Source: Nitrospirota bacterium
Lineage (GTDB): Bacteria; Nitrospirota; UBA9217
DNA length: 64,000 bases
Assembly: GCA_963741205.1 (NCBI GenBank)
Contig: CAVUHW010000043.1
Coordinates: 35,500-99,499 of the forward strand
Direction of reading: 5' to 3'
Shown: in pieces, positions 43,224 through 54,444 of the stretch
Layout of the letters: each line of letters starts with the position of its first letter
How positions within the stretch are numbered: position 1 is the first letter of the stretch
Program-made: the position numbers and the translations under genes
The notes under the pieces: generated by a model
Databases searched by the model: none
What the model saw: the letters and a program-made list of their open reading frames with translations, nothing else
Told to the model about the DNA's origin: nothing

Positions 43224-43963
43224 GCGCATTAAGGCCGATCTGCACGTGCATACCTGTCTGTCTCCCTGCTCCGGCCTGGACATGTCGCCCCGAGAGGTCG
43301 TGAATGCGGCCCTGCAAAAGGGCATTGACCTGATCGGCAGTGTGCGACCATAATTCGGCGGAGAACGTTCTGGCCGTGAAGAAGGCGGGCAGGCGAAACG
43401 GGCTGATGGTGCTGGGCGGGATGGAAGTCGCCTCATCCGAAGAAGCGCACATCCTGGTGTTCTTTGACGATGACGACGACCTCCTGAATTTTCAGGAGTA
43501 TATTTACCGGCACCTGACGGGCAGGAACGATGAACGTTCCTTCGGCCTGCAGGTGATCGCGGATGACGAGGACGGGGTGACCGGTTTCTGCGACCGGCTC
43601 CTGATCGCGGCGACCTCGCTTCCGGCCGAAACGATCGTTGCGGCGGCCCGCGGGGCAAAAGGCGAAAGCCTCGTGATCGCCGCGCATGTGGACCGGGAGT
43701 CCTTCAGCATCATCGGACAGCTCGGGTTCATACCTCCCGGGCTTGGACCTGGATGCCGTTGAAATATCCGGCCGGATGACCGCGGCCGACGCTGGTGAGC
43801 CCGATATCCCGACTGCTGGAACTACCCGGTCATAACCGGTTCCGACGCGCACGGCCCCGAGGACATCGGCAAGCGCTTTACCTGGCTTACGGTCGAAGAC
43901 GGGACCATAGCCGAGATCAAAAAGGCCCTGGCCGGCAGGGACGGCAGGAAGGCGGAGTGCTGA
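43213..43963 (+). CDS. PHP-domain phosphoesterase (indels)
   Basis: DLHVHTCLSPC, CDHNSAEN, GME..EEAH, AAHVDR, SDAH. Confidence 0.88.
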
Positions 43964-43967
43964 GGCC

Positions 43968-44501
43968 GTGGAAGATATCTCGCTCCATATCCTCGACATC
44001 GCCGAGAATGCGGTCCGCGCCGATGCAAAGAACAATAGAGATCATCGTCATCGCGGGAGGGCGGGACCTTCTCCGCGTCGAGGTGAATGACGACGGCAGG
44101 GGAATGGACGCCGCGACGCTTGCAAGGGTCCGGGACCCGTTCTTCACCACGAAGCGAAGAAGACAGGTCTTGGGAATACCGCTCTTGTCCCAGGCAGCGG
44201 AACAGGCGGGCGGAAACGTATGCCGTGGATTCCGCTCCGGGCAGGGGCACGAGGGTGGCGGCCACCTTCCCTTGGAACCATGTGGACCGGCCGCCGGTCG
44301 GCAGCATGGCGGATACGCGTCCTGACGCTGATCGCCGGCCACCCGGACAGGGAGTATATATATGAAGAACGGGAAGGGGACCGCTCCTTCCGGTTCGACA
44401 CACGGGAGATCAAGGCCGATCTCGACGGGGTCCCGATCACCGAGCCGGCGGTGCTCGCGGCGATCAGGGGCATGCTGAAAGAAAATATCAGGATCATTTG
44501 A
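43968..44501 (+). CDS. HATPase_c domain protein (indels)
   Basis: ISLHILDIAEN, DDGRGMD, DPFFTT, HVDRPP.G. Confidence 0.85.
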
Positions 44502-44533
44502 AAGTAAAATTTCAAATCGCGAAGAGGTAGACG

Positions 44534-45060
44534 ATGAGTAACGAAGCTGCCGTACAAGAACAAGACAGACTGCAAGCGCCGACAGATGGATACGTTCATA
44601 ACGCCCGAGCATGTACCAGAAGATCGACGTGATCATCGAAAAGTACAGGGACAAGCCCGGATCGCTCATCCCGGTGCTCCAGCAGGCGCAGGACGTCTGC
44701 GGCTATCTGCCGCACGTCGTGCAGCGATATGTCGCCAGGGGGATGAAGATGTCGCCGAGCGTGGTGTTCGGCGTGGCCACCTTCTATTCATTCTTCACCC
44801 TGGTGCCGCGCGGCAAGCACGTGATCCGGGTCTGCCTCGGCACGGCCTGCTACGTGAAGCGGAGCGAGGAGATCCTCGACAAGATCAAGGCCGAGATGGA
44901 CCTCGAGGTCGGCGAGGTTACCCGGGACAAGAAGTACTCCCTCGAGGCCGTGCGGTGTCTCGGCGCCTGCGGTCTCGCGCCGGTCGTGGTCATCGGGCAG
45001 GACACCTACGGCGACGTGGCGGCGACCAAGGTGATGGATATCATTAAGAAGTACGAATAG
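44534..45060 (+). CDS. nuoE: NuoE / HydC-like [2Fe-2S] subunit
   Basis: LIPVLQ, GVATFY, VCLGTAC, RCLGACGLAP. Confidence 0.9.
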
Positions 45061-45119
45061 CATTGCGAAATTTGAAATTTGTCGAATCTACACTGATTCG
45101 GACTACCGAAGGTGGACAT

Positions 45120-45497
45120 ATGGCAAAGCTGACGATCGCTGATTTGAAAAAGATCAAGGAAGACTACCATCAGGGACTGCGCGAGGGCGGGTTCCGGGCC
45201 AAGATCACGGTGCATATGGGGACCTGCGGGATCGCAGCGGGCGCCCGGGGCATCATGAACACGATCATGGAGGAGCTGGCCAAATCCGGGCTGAAGGATG
45301 TCGCGATAACCACTTCGGGATGCGCCGGCCTTTGCAGCCAGGAGCCGATGGCCACGATCGAACTTGCCGGCGAACCCCCGGTGAAATATATCGCGCTGAC
45401 CGAGGACAAGATGCGCAAGATCTTCGCCGAACACGTGGTGGGCGGCAAGCCGGTCGCGGAGTACGCCCTGGTCGTGGGGCATGAGACGACGTACTGA
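45120..45497 (+). CDS. Thioredoxin-like [2Fe-2S] ferredoxin (HydD/HndB-like)
   Basis: VHMGTCGIAAGAR, SGCAGLCSQEP. Confidence 0.88.
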   Translation: MAKLTIADLKKIKEDYHQGLREGGFRAKITVHMGTCGIAAGARGIMNTIMEELAKSGLKDVAITTSGCAGLCSQEPMATIELAGEPPVKYIALTEDKMRKIFAEHVVGGKPVAEYALVVGHETTY

Positions 45498-45502
45498 CAA
45501 AT

Positions 45503-45600
45503 GATTGGAAATTGGAAATTGTAGATTGGAAATTAAAGATTGAAGCAAACATCGATTCTACAAATTTAAAATTTCCAATTTTCAATCTTCAATTTTCAAT
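45503..45600. repeat. Intergenic 7-bp periodic inverted element
   Basis: attggaa-attggaa-attgtag-attggaa ... ttccaat-tttcaat-cttcaat-tttcaat. Confidence 0.75.
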
Positions 45601-45621
45601 ATAGTTACGGAGTAAATAACA

Positions 45622-47418
45622 GTGGAAACGACACTATCGTTCAAACATAATGATCTGCGCAGGAACGGGCTGCGTGGCAAACGGATCGCTCAAGGTGAAG
45701 GACGCGCTCGAGACCGAGCTGATCAAGCGAAACCTCCAGAATGAGATCAAGATCGTCCTGACCGGGTGCAACGGGTTCTGCGCCAAGGGCCCGGTCATGG
45801 TGGTCTACCCCGAGGACATCTTCTACCAGCTCGTGAAGCCCGAGGACGTGCCGCACCTCGTTGAGGAACACTTCATCAAGGGCAGGCCGGTCCAGAAGTT
45901 CCTGTACACGCCGCCGACGGAAAAGAAGACGATCCCCGTGATGAACGAGATCCCGTTCTTCAAGCACCAGGTGCTCCGCGCGCTCCGGAACCGGAGCCTC
46001 ATCGACGCCGAGAAGATCGAGGAGTACATCGCCCGCGACGGGTACATGGCCGCGGCCAAGGCGCTCACGGAAATGACGCCCGAGCAGATCGTGGCCGAGG
46101 TGAAAAAATCGGGGCTGCGCGGCCGCGGGCGGCGCGGGGTTCCTGACCGGCCTCAAGTGGGAGCTCTGCGCGCGTGTTCACGGGCGATATCAAATACATC
46201 CTGTGCAACGGCGACGAGGGCGACCCGGGCGCGTTCATGGACCGGAGCGTCATGGAGGCGGACCCCCACTCGGTGCTCGAAGGCATGATCATCGCCGCCA
46301 AGGGCATCAACGCCCATTACGGTTATATCTATGTGCGGGCCGAGTATCCGCTCGCCGTGCACCGTCTCCAGCTGGCCATTGACCAGGCCAAGGAACGGGG
46401 TCTTCTGGGCAAGGACATCCTCGGCACCGGGTTCGACCTCGACATCGAGATCTACCAGGGAGCCGGCGCCTTCGTGTGCGGCGAGGAGACGGCGCTCATG
46501 GCCTCCATCGAGGGCAAGCGCGGCATGCCGAGGGCCAAGCCGCCGTTCCCCGCGGTCAAGGGTCTGTGGCAGCGGCCGTCGGTGCTGAACAACGTCGAGA
46601 CCTTCGCAAACGTTCCGCCGATCATCCTGAACGGCGCGGACTGGTTCGCGAGCCTCGGGTCCGAAAAGAGCAAGGGCACGAAGGTGTTCGCGCTGTCCGG
46701 AGCGCTGAACAACATCGGCCTCGTCGAGGTGCCCATGGGCATCCCGCTCAAGACCATCATCTTTGACATCGGCGGCGGCATCAAGGACAACCGGAAGTTC
46801 AAGGCCGTGCAGATGGGCGGTCCCTCGGGCGGCTGCATTCCCCATTCGCTCATCGACACGCCCGTGGATTTCGAGAACATCAACAAGACCGGCGCGATCA
46901 TGGGGTCCGGCGGCATGGTGGTGATGGACGAGACCACCTGCATGCCGGCCATGGCAAAGTTCTTCCTCGAGTTCACCGAGGACGAGTCATGCGGCAAGTG
47001 CGTGCCCTGCCGGATCGGGAACAAGACGCTTCTCACCATCCTGCACCCGGATCACGAACGGCGAGGGCCGCGAAGGCGACATCGAACTCCTGCTCGCCCT
47101 TTCCCAGCAGATCAAGGACACCTCGCTCTGCGGCCTGGGCCAGACCTCGCCGAACCCGGTGCTTACCACGATCAAGTATTTCCGGGACGAGTACGAGGCG
47201 CACATCAAGGACCACCGATGCCCGGCGCAGGGTCTGTACGCCCCTCGTCAAGTTCATGGTGGACGAGGAGAAATGCAAGAAGTGCGGCCAGTGCTTCAAG
47301 GACTGCCCGGTGGGCGCCATCAAGTGGGAAAAGGGCAAGGTCGCGTACATCGATCAGGAAAAGTGCACGCAAGTGCAAGACCTGCATCAAGAACTGCAGG
47401 TTCTGGTCGATCGATTAA
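45622..47418 (+). CDS. nuoF: Long NuoF / HydB-type flavoprotein (N-terminal [2Fe-2S], FMN/NADH, C-terminal 2x[4Fe-4S]; indels)
   Basis: [76 protein letters not shown]. Confidence 0.92.
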
Positions 47419-47534
47419 GATAACAGTGAATTTTGCCACGGAACGCGCGAAGCACGCGAAGAAATTAGATAAAGGCTCTATGGACTCCGTGTCTTTGTGG
47501 CAGGAAGACATGCGTTATAAGAAGGTAAATCATT

Positions 47535-49670
47535 ATGCAAAAGATGACGGTAACAGTTGACGGAAAAAAGGTCGAGGTCCCCATCGGGCTCGACCATCCT
47601 CGAGGCGGCGAACGCCGCCGGGTCGCGGGTGCCGACCCTGTGCCACGACAACAAGCTCCATCCTTTCGGCGCGTGCCGGGTCTGCCTCGTCGAGGTGGAA
47701 GGCACGCCGCGCAAGTTCACGCCGTCGTGCACGACGCCGGCCACGGACAACATGGTCGTGAGGACCACGTCGCCCGCGCTCATCGAGGCGCGGCGGATGG
47801 TGCTCGAACTCCTCCTGATCAAGCACCCCCTGGACTGCCCGGTCTGCGACAAGGCGGGCGAGTGCCAGCTCCAGGACCTGGTGCACGAGTACGGGCTCGG
47901 CAAGAGCCGGTTCGACGCGGAAAAGGGATACCTCCCGCCGGACTACGAGAGCTCCGATCGTCGAGCGCAACATCAGCCGCTGCATCCTCTGCGGCAAGTG
48001 CGTCAGGATCTGCGACGAGCAGAACGGCGTGGGCGAGTGGGCCTTCACCCGCAGGGGCACGCGGGCCCGGATCAGCACCGATTTCGACCGGCCGCTGGAC
48101 TGCGAGTTCTGCGGCGAATGCACCGAGATCTGCCCCGTGGGCGCGCTCACCACGCGCCAGTTCAAGTACAAGGCCCGGTCGTGGAACCTCGAAGGGACGA
48201 CATCGGTCTGCAATTACTGCGGCTGCGGCTGCGGCATCAGCTACGAAACGCGTGACGGCAAGATCATGCGGGTCGGGCCCTGCGCGGAACAACTACCTCT
48301 GCGCCAAGGGCCGGTTCGGCTGGGACGCCGTCCATTCCGCGCGAGCGGCTTACCACGCCGAAGATGCGCGTGGGCGGCGAACTCGTGGATTGCACCTGGG
48401 ACGAGGCGCTGTCCGTCATCGCGACCAACCTCAAGGTGATCAGGGACAAGACGCGGCGCCGGGAGCATCGGCGGGCTCGGTTCGGTCCGGACCACGAACG
48501 AGGACAGCTACGTGTTCCAGAAGTTCCTCCGCACCGTGGTCGGGACCGGCAATGTGGACATGCTGGCCAGGCTCAAGGTCCCGAAGGGGCTGAACACGGC
48601 GTTCTTTTCCGGGGAACTCGCCCGCATGACAGGAGCACGAGGTCATCCTCGTGCTCGACAAGAACGTGGGCGAGATCAATCCGCTCACCGGCATCGAGAT
48701 CGTGCGCGCCGTGAACAAAAAGGACCGGAAGGTGATCCTCGTGAACGAGGAGTTCAACAAGTTCAACAAGATCGCGACCGTGGTCATGCCGGTGGGCACG
48801 GACCAGGCGATCGAGGAGCTGCGTGGCGGCCCTCTCTTCCTCAACGGGAAGCGACGCTGCGAACAAGGCGGCCGCACTCCTGAAGAATGCCAAGAGCGTC
48901 GCGATCATCGTTCCGGCCCGGATTTCGGACAAGGAACTGGCCGGCATCAAGGAACTGGGCGGGACAGCTCAAGAACGTGACGTACTATCCTCTTGTGCGG
49001 CGGAGCAACTTCCAGGGTTCGCTTGACATGGGTATCGATTTCCGGATATCTGCCGGGCTACCGGAAGGCGGAGAAACCGGGTTTGAACGCCGTTGAGATG
49101 ATCGACGCCGTCAAGAGCGGCAAGCTTGCCGCGCTGTACATCATGGGAGACGATCCCGTGGGGAGCGATCCGGACCTCAAGCCAGTCCTCGAAAAGCTCG
49201 AATTCCTCGTGGTCCAGGACATCTTCATGACCGAGACCGCGAAGCTCGCCCAGGTGGTGCTCCCGGCCGCAAGTTCGGCGGAGAAGACCGGCACGTTCAC
49301 CAATCTGGAGCGCAGGCTCCAGCAGCTGAACAAGGCGGAGGAGCCGGTCGGCGAATCCCGGCCCGACTGGGAGATCATCCAGGACGTCGCGAAGAGGATG
49401 GGCGGGTCCATGAACTACGGCTCTCCCCGGGAAATCCTGAAGGAAATCAGGTCCGTCGGTCCCGATGTACGGCGAACTCGCTGCGGGCGCCTGCTGGGCA
49501 GCGCGAGAAGTCGCCGCTTGCCGGCACGGCCGTGGACCTTTCGCTTGCATCGGACTCGATCATGAAACAGGAAGTCATCACCGCCGAGCGGCTGCTTGTT
49601 CTCCTCGGGGACGAGCATCACGCGTTCCCATGAGATAGGGACCATCCGACATTACAAGATCGAAGTGTAG
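47535..49670 (+). CDS. nuoG: NuoG-like Fe-S subunit with degenerate molybdopterin-oxidoreductase fold (many indels)
   Basis: [75 protein letters not shown]. Confidence 0.88.
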
Positions 49671-49679
49671 GAGCAGAAC

Positions 49680-50771
49680 ATGCCTGAAATGAATCAGTTA
49701 CTCCATTATATCTTTACCGCTTGGCATACCCGTTGCGGTCCTGTCTGGTCTTCATTCTGGCCAACGCCATGTACCTTCAATTGATGGAGCGCAAGGTGCT
49801 TGCGCACATGCAGGGGCGGCTCGGACCGATGCGGACCGGCTGGCACGGGATCCTCCAGCCCATCGCCGACGCCGTCAAGTTCATGATGAAAGAGGACATC
49901 ATCCCGGCACAAGGCGGACAAGTGGGTGTTCAGCATCGCGCCCCTGATCCTGCTCGTCATGGCCTTCGGCGCCATGGTCGATGATCCCCTTCGGCCCGCC
50001 CACGAACTTTTACGGCCTCCTGTCGAACAAGGTCCCCCTCTGGGTGTCGAACCTGAACGTCGGCGTACTCTACATCCTGGCGTTTTCGAGCGTCGGCACC
50101 TACGGCGTGATCATGGCGGGCTGGGCCTCGAACAACAAATATTCCCTCATGGGCGGTTTCCGCTCCGCGGCCCAGATGATCAGCTACGAGATCCCCATGG
50201 CCTTTGCCATCCTCACCGTGGTGCTCATGGCCGGGTCGCTGAACCTGTCCGACATCGTGCAACGCCCAGACGGACCGCTGGTTCATCGTGGCGTTGCCCG
50301 TCGGGCCCGGTGGCCTTCTACCTCTATCTTATGGCGGGCATCGCCGAGACGAACCGCGTGCCCTTTGACCTTCCCGAGGCGGAGAGCGAGCTCGTGGCCG
50401 GGTACTTCACCGAGTACAGCGGCATCCGGTTCGGCATCTTCTTCATGGCCGAGTACATGAACATGATCGTCGTGTCGCTTCTGGTCGAGCATCATGTTCC
50501 TGGGCGGCTGGCTGCCGGTGCAGATCTTGCCGCACACGCTCGGCCACTCGCCCCGATCGCATTCATCAACAGGATGCTCGCGGCCATACCGCCGACGCTC
50601 TGGCTGCTGGGCAAGCTGTACTTCTTCATCTTCTTCTATATGTGGCTCAGGGCGACGCTTCCCCGGTACCGGTATGACCAGCTCATGGCGATTTCCTGGA
50701 AGGTCCTGCTGCCGCTGTCGCTCGGGACCCTGCTGGTCGCGGCGGGTATGAAGCAGATGGGATGGCTGTAA
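49680..50771 (+). CDS. nuoH: NADH-quinone oxidoreductase subunit H (indels)
   Basis: [58 protein letters not shown]. Confidence 0.95.
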
Positions 50772-50827
50772 AAAGCAGAGTGCATGAAGTCAGAAGTGAG
50801 CGAAGTTGGAGTGAGGAGTTTACGACG

Positions 50828-51309
50828 ATGAATAAAATGAAGAAACTTCTTAAAACGATCTTCCTGTACGAGATCGGCCCAGGGCATGTGGTTGACGCTC
50901 AAGACCATGCTGACCACTCAAAAAAGCAAGAAACCGAACGCCGTCACCCGGCAGTATCCCACGTTCAAGCGCAAGCCGATCCCCGGGTCGCGCGGGCTCC
51001 ATGCCATGCGGCGCGATGAGGCGGGAAATCCGGCCTGCATCGGGTGCGGCCTGTGCGAGGCGGTCTGTCCCGTCCAAGGCCATAACGGTGGTGACTTCCG
51101 AGAGGCCCGAGCACGAAAAGATCGTGAATTCCTATGAGCTCGACCTGCTCCGGTGCGTGTTCTGCGGCTTCTGCATCGATGCGTGCCCGGTGTCGGCGAT
51201 CCTGCAGACGCCCGAATTCGAGCTTGCCTGTTATTCGAGAAAGGACGCGTTCTATACCAAGGACCATCTCGTCGAGATAGGCGACAATTCATGGGCAGGA
51301 AGGCGGTAA
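50828..51309 (+). CDS. nuoI: NADH-quinone oxidoreductase subunit I (indels)
   Basis: CIGCGLCEAVCP, RCVFCGFCIDACP. Confidence 0.93.
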
Positions 51310-51318
51310 AAAAGTAAT

Positions 51319-51828
51319 ATGATGAACAAGCTTATCTTCCTCTATTTCGCCGTCGGTCATCCTGGTGTCGGCGGTCCTCACGATAACGCGCCGGAACCCC
51401 GTGCACAGCGTGATGTTCATGCTGCTCCTGTTCTTTCATATCGCGGGGCGTCTTCGTGCTGCTAAACGCGGAGTTCCTGGCCGCGGTGCAGCTCATCGTG
51501 TACGCCGGCGCCATCCTGATCCTGTACCTTTTCGTCGTGATGCTTTTGAACGTCGACCGGGAAAGTTCCGCTGCCCGCGCGAACCGGTTCTGGCCCTGGA
51601 TGGTCGCCTTCGGCGTGCTGATTGCCGGCGAGGTGATGCTCCTGATCTCGCGCGGCACGTTCCCGACGGAGGCTGAACAGCCCATGCGGCTTGCCGGCAT
51701 CGGGTGTCAAGGAACTGGGTGTAGTGCTCTATCAGAAGTATCTGGTGCCCTTCGAGGTCGCATCCCTCATTCTGCTCGTGGGGCTGGTGGGCGCGGTCAT
51801 GCTGGCGAAGAAGAACGTGAACGAATAG
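51319..51828 (+). CDS. nuoJ: NADH-quinone oxidoreductase subunit J (indels)
   Basis: [31 protein letters not shown]. Confidence 0.92.
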
Positions 51829-51833
51829 AGTAT

Positions 51834-51904
51834 ATTGCGGAATCGGATTGCGGAAGTAGAACCGCAGAGATGCTTCTCCGAATCCGAAATCCGAATCCGA
51901 AATT
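51834..51904. repeat. Intergenic periodic inverted element
   Basis: attgcggaatcggattgcggaa ... tccgaatccgaaatccgaatccgaaatt. Confidence 0.7.
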
Positions 51905-51920
51905 GAAACCGGAGGTTTCT

Positions 51921-52225
51921 ATGATTCCCCTGTCCTGGTATGTCATGCTGAGCGCGGCGCTTTTCACCATCGGCGTCGTCGGCGTGCTTTCGCGCCGCAA
52001 TATATTCATTATCCTCATGTCCATCGAGCTTATGCTGAACGCGGCGAACATCAACCTGGTGGCATTTTCGCACTACCTGCAGTCGCTCACCGGCCAGGTA
52101 TTCGCGATCTTCGTCATCACCGTCGCCGCCGCCGAGGCGGCCGTGGCGCTTGCGATCATCATCCTGATCTCGCGCGCAACCGCGGGAGCGTGTATGTGGA
52201 TGAGTTCAATATTATGAAGGGTTAG
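51921..52225 (+). CDS. nuoK: NADH-quinone oxidoreductase subunit K
   Basis: [30 protein letters not shown]. Confidence 0.94.
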
Positions 52226-52230
52226 GTTGT

Positions 52231-52356
52231 AAATTCCAAGTAGCAAGCTCCAAATTCGAATCAGTACCGATGACCAAGCATCAAGTTCAAACGTTTGGTT
52301 CATTGTGATTGGCGATTGGATATTGCTTGGAATATGGAATGTAATTATTTGGATTT
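52231..52356. repeat. Intergenic periodic inverted element (same style as 71-174)
   Basis: aaattccaagtagcaagctccaaa ... ttggaatatggaatgtaattatttggattt. Confidence 0.65.
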
Positions 52357-52372
52357 TCTCATAGAGGTGTCT

Positions 52373-54319
52373 ATGCTCAAATACGCACTCATACCGCTCT
52401 TGCCGTTCGCCGGCTTCCTGATCGCAGGACTGTTCGGCAAATATCTGAAGGAAAAAGCCGCCTACTTCCCCATCGCGGGAGTCATCGGCGCGTTCATCCT
52501 GTCCGTCAGCGCATTTTTCGACGTGCTGGGCGGCGCGAAGATCAACGAGAACCTCTATTCCTGGATATCCGATCGGGACCTTCTCGGTGAACGTCGGGTT
52601 CCAGATCGACCAGCTCACCACGGTCATGCTGCTCGTCGTGACGACCCTGAGTTCGCTCATCCATATCTACTCCGTGGGCTACATGCACGGCGACAAGGGA
52701 TATCCCCGGTTCTTTTCCTACCTGGCGCTTTTCACGTTCTTCATGCTCGTTCTGGTGATGGCCAATAACTTCCTGCTCATGTTCGTGGGATGGGAGGGCG
52801 TGGGCCTCTGCTCCTACCTTCTGATCGGCTTCTGGTACGAGAAAAAATCGGCCGCCGACGCCGGGGTCAAGGCCTTCGTCGTGAACCGCGTGGGCGACTT
52901 CGGGTTCGTGCTCGCCGTGCTGCTCATTTTTCTCACCTTCGGCACCCTTGATTTTTCCGAGGTCTTCGCCTCGGTCGGGCACGTCTCTCGCGGACAAGAC
53001 CTATCATCTCTTCGGCGGCGAGATCAGCGTCATCACGCTCATCGCGCTTCTCCTGTTCCTGGGGGCCACGGGCAAGTCGGCCCAGCTTCCGCTCTACGTC
53101 TGGCTGCCCGACGCCATGGAAGGCCCCACGCCGGTCAGCGCCCTGATCCACGCCGCGACCATGGTCACCGCCGGCGTATTCATGGTGGCGCGCTGCGCGC
53201 CGATCTTCTCGCTTTCCGAGACGGCCATGAACACCGTGGCGATCGTCGGCGGTCTGACCGCGGTCTTTGCCGCGACCATCGGCCTGGTGCAGAACGACAT
53301 CAAGCGCGTGATCGCCTATTCCACGATCAGCCAGCTCGGGTACATGTTCCTGGGCCTCGGGCGTCGGCGCATTCTCCGCGGGCATCTTCCACCTAACGAC
53401 GCACGCCTTCTTCAAGGGGCTCCTGTTCCTGGCCTCGGGCAGCGTGATCCACGCCCTCTCGGGCGAGCAGGACATGCGCAAGATGGGCGCGCTCAAGTCC
53501 AAGATCAAGATCACCCACATCGTGTTCATCATCGGTTCGCTGGCGCTCGTCGGGCATCTTCCCGTTTGCGGGTTTCTTCAGCAAGGACGAGATACTCTGG
53601 AGCGCCTATCAATGCCTCCGTCGACTCGGGCGCGGCGCTCTGGTTGCTCGGCGTGGTCGGCGCGTTCATGACGGCGTTCTACTCGTTCAGGCTGATCTAC
53701 CTGACGTTCTATGGAAAGTCACGCGCTCGACCACGAGGTCGAGCACCATGTGCACGAATCGCCGAAGGTCATGACCATCCCGCTCATGATCCTCGCCTTT
53801 TTCTCCGTCTCATCGGCTGGATCGGCATGCCGGCGTGATCGATCCGCAAGGGAATCTGTTCGGTGAATATCTGGCGCCGCTCTTCCCGCATGCGGAGCAT
53901 GCCGCGGCGCATGAGAGCCACTGCGCTCGAGCTCGGGCTGATGGTCTTCTCGGTTGCCATTGCCGTCGCCGGGATGCGGCTGGCGTATCGGCTGGTACTA
54001 GAAGAATACCGCGGTGGCCGGATCAGGGTTGCGGAAAAATTCAAAGGCGCCTACACCCTGCTCCTGAACAAGTACAAGGTTGACGAGATCTATAACGCCA
54101 TCTTCGTAAACGGGCTGGTCCACAAGGTCGCCAAAGTCCCTCTATACGATCGGGGATGTCAAGATCATCGACGGTTTTATCAACGGTCTTGCCGGCGCCA
54201 TCGGCAGCACGAGCCAGAGCGGGAAGAAGCTCCAGACCGGCTATATGCAGCAGTACGCCTTCACCATGGGCCTCGGGCTGGTGGTGCTGGTCGGGTTGTA
54301 CTATATGCTTATTAACTAA
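52373..54319 (+). CDS. nuoL: NADH-quinone oxidoreductase subunit L (many indels)
   Basis: [55 protein letters not shown]. Confidence 0.94.
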
Positions 54320-54342
54320 CGTTCATGATATCATCGCTTAGC

Positions 54343-54422
54343 GTCATTCGCGCAGTGCCGCAGAGCGGAATCCGGTATCCTGATTGAAAACCATATCCTC
54401 GATGAACATTCTGCGCATGACA
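54343..54422. repeat. Degenerate REP-like doublet
   Basis: gtcattcgcgc...gcggaatcc ... gcgcatgac. Confidence 0.45.
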
Positions 54423-54444
54423 AACAGTTAAAGGAGCTATTCTC

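Noticed and set aside
45503-45600. Periodic repeats as a CRISPR array
   Set aside because: Units are 7-9 bp, inverted and lack unique spacers; no cas genes
38854-49670. Group 4 [NiFe]- or [FeFe]-hydrogenase
   Set aside because: NuoD lacks both NiFe CxxC motifs and the G subunit has no H-cluster motifs
51456-52217. Apparent nuoJ-nuoK fusion ORF
   Set aside because: Created by an indel in nuoJ reading through the intergenic repeat; nuoK has its own GGAGG RBS and ATG at 51921
53830-53840. TGA in nuoL as possible selenocysteine
   Set aside because: The downstream sequence continues in a different frame, so it is an indel artefact; no Cys is expected there
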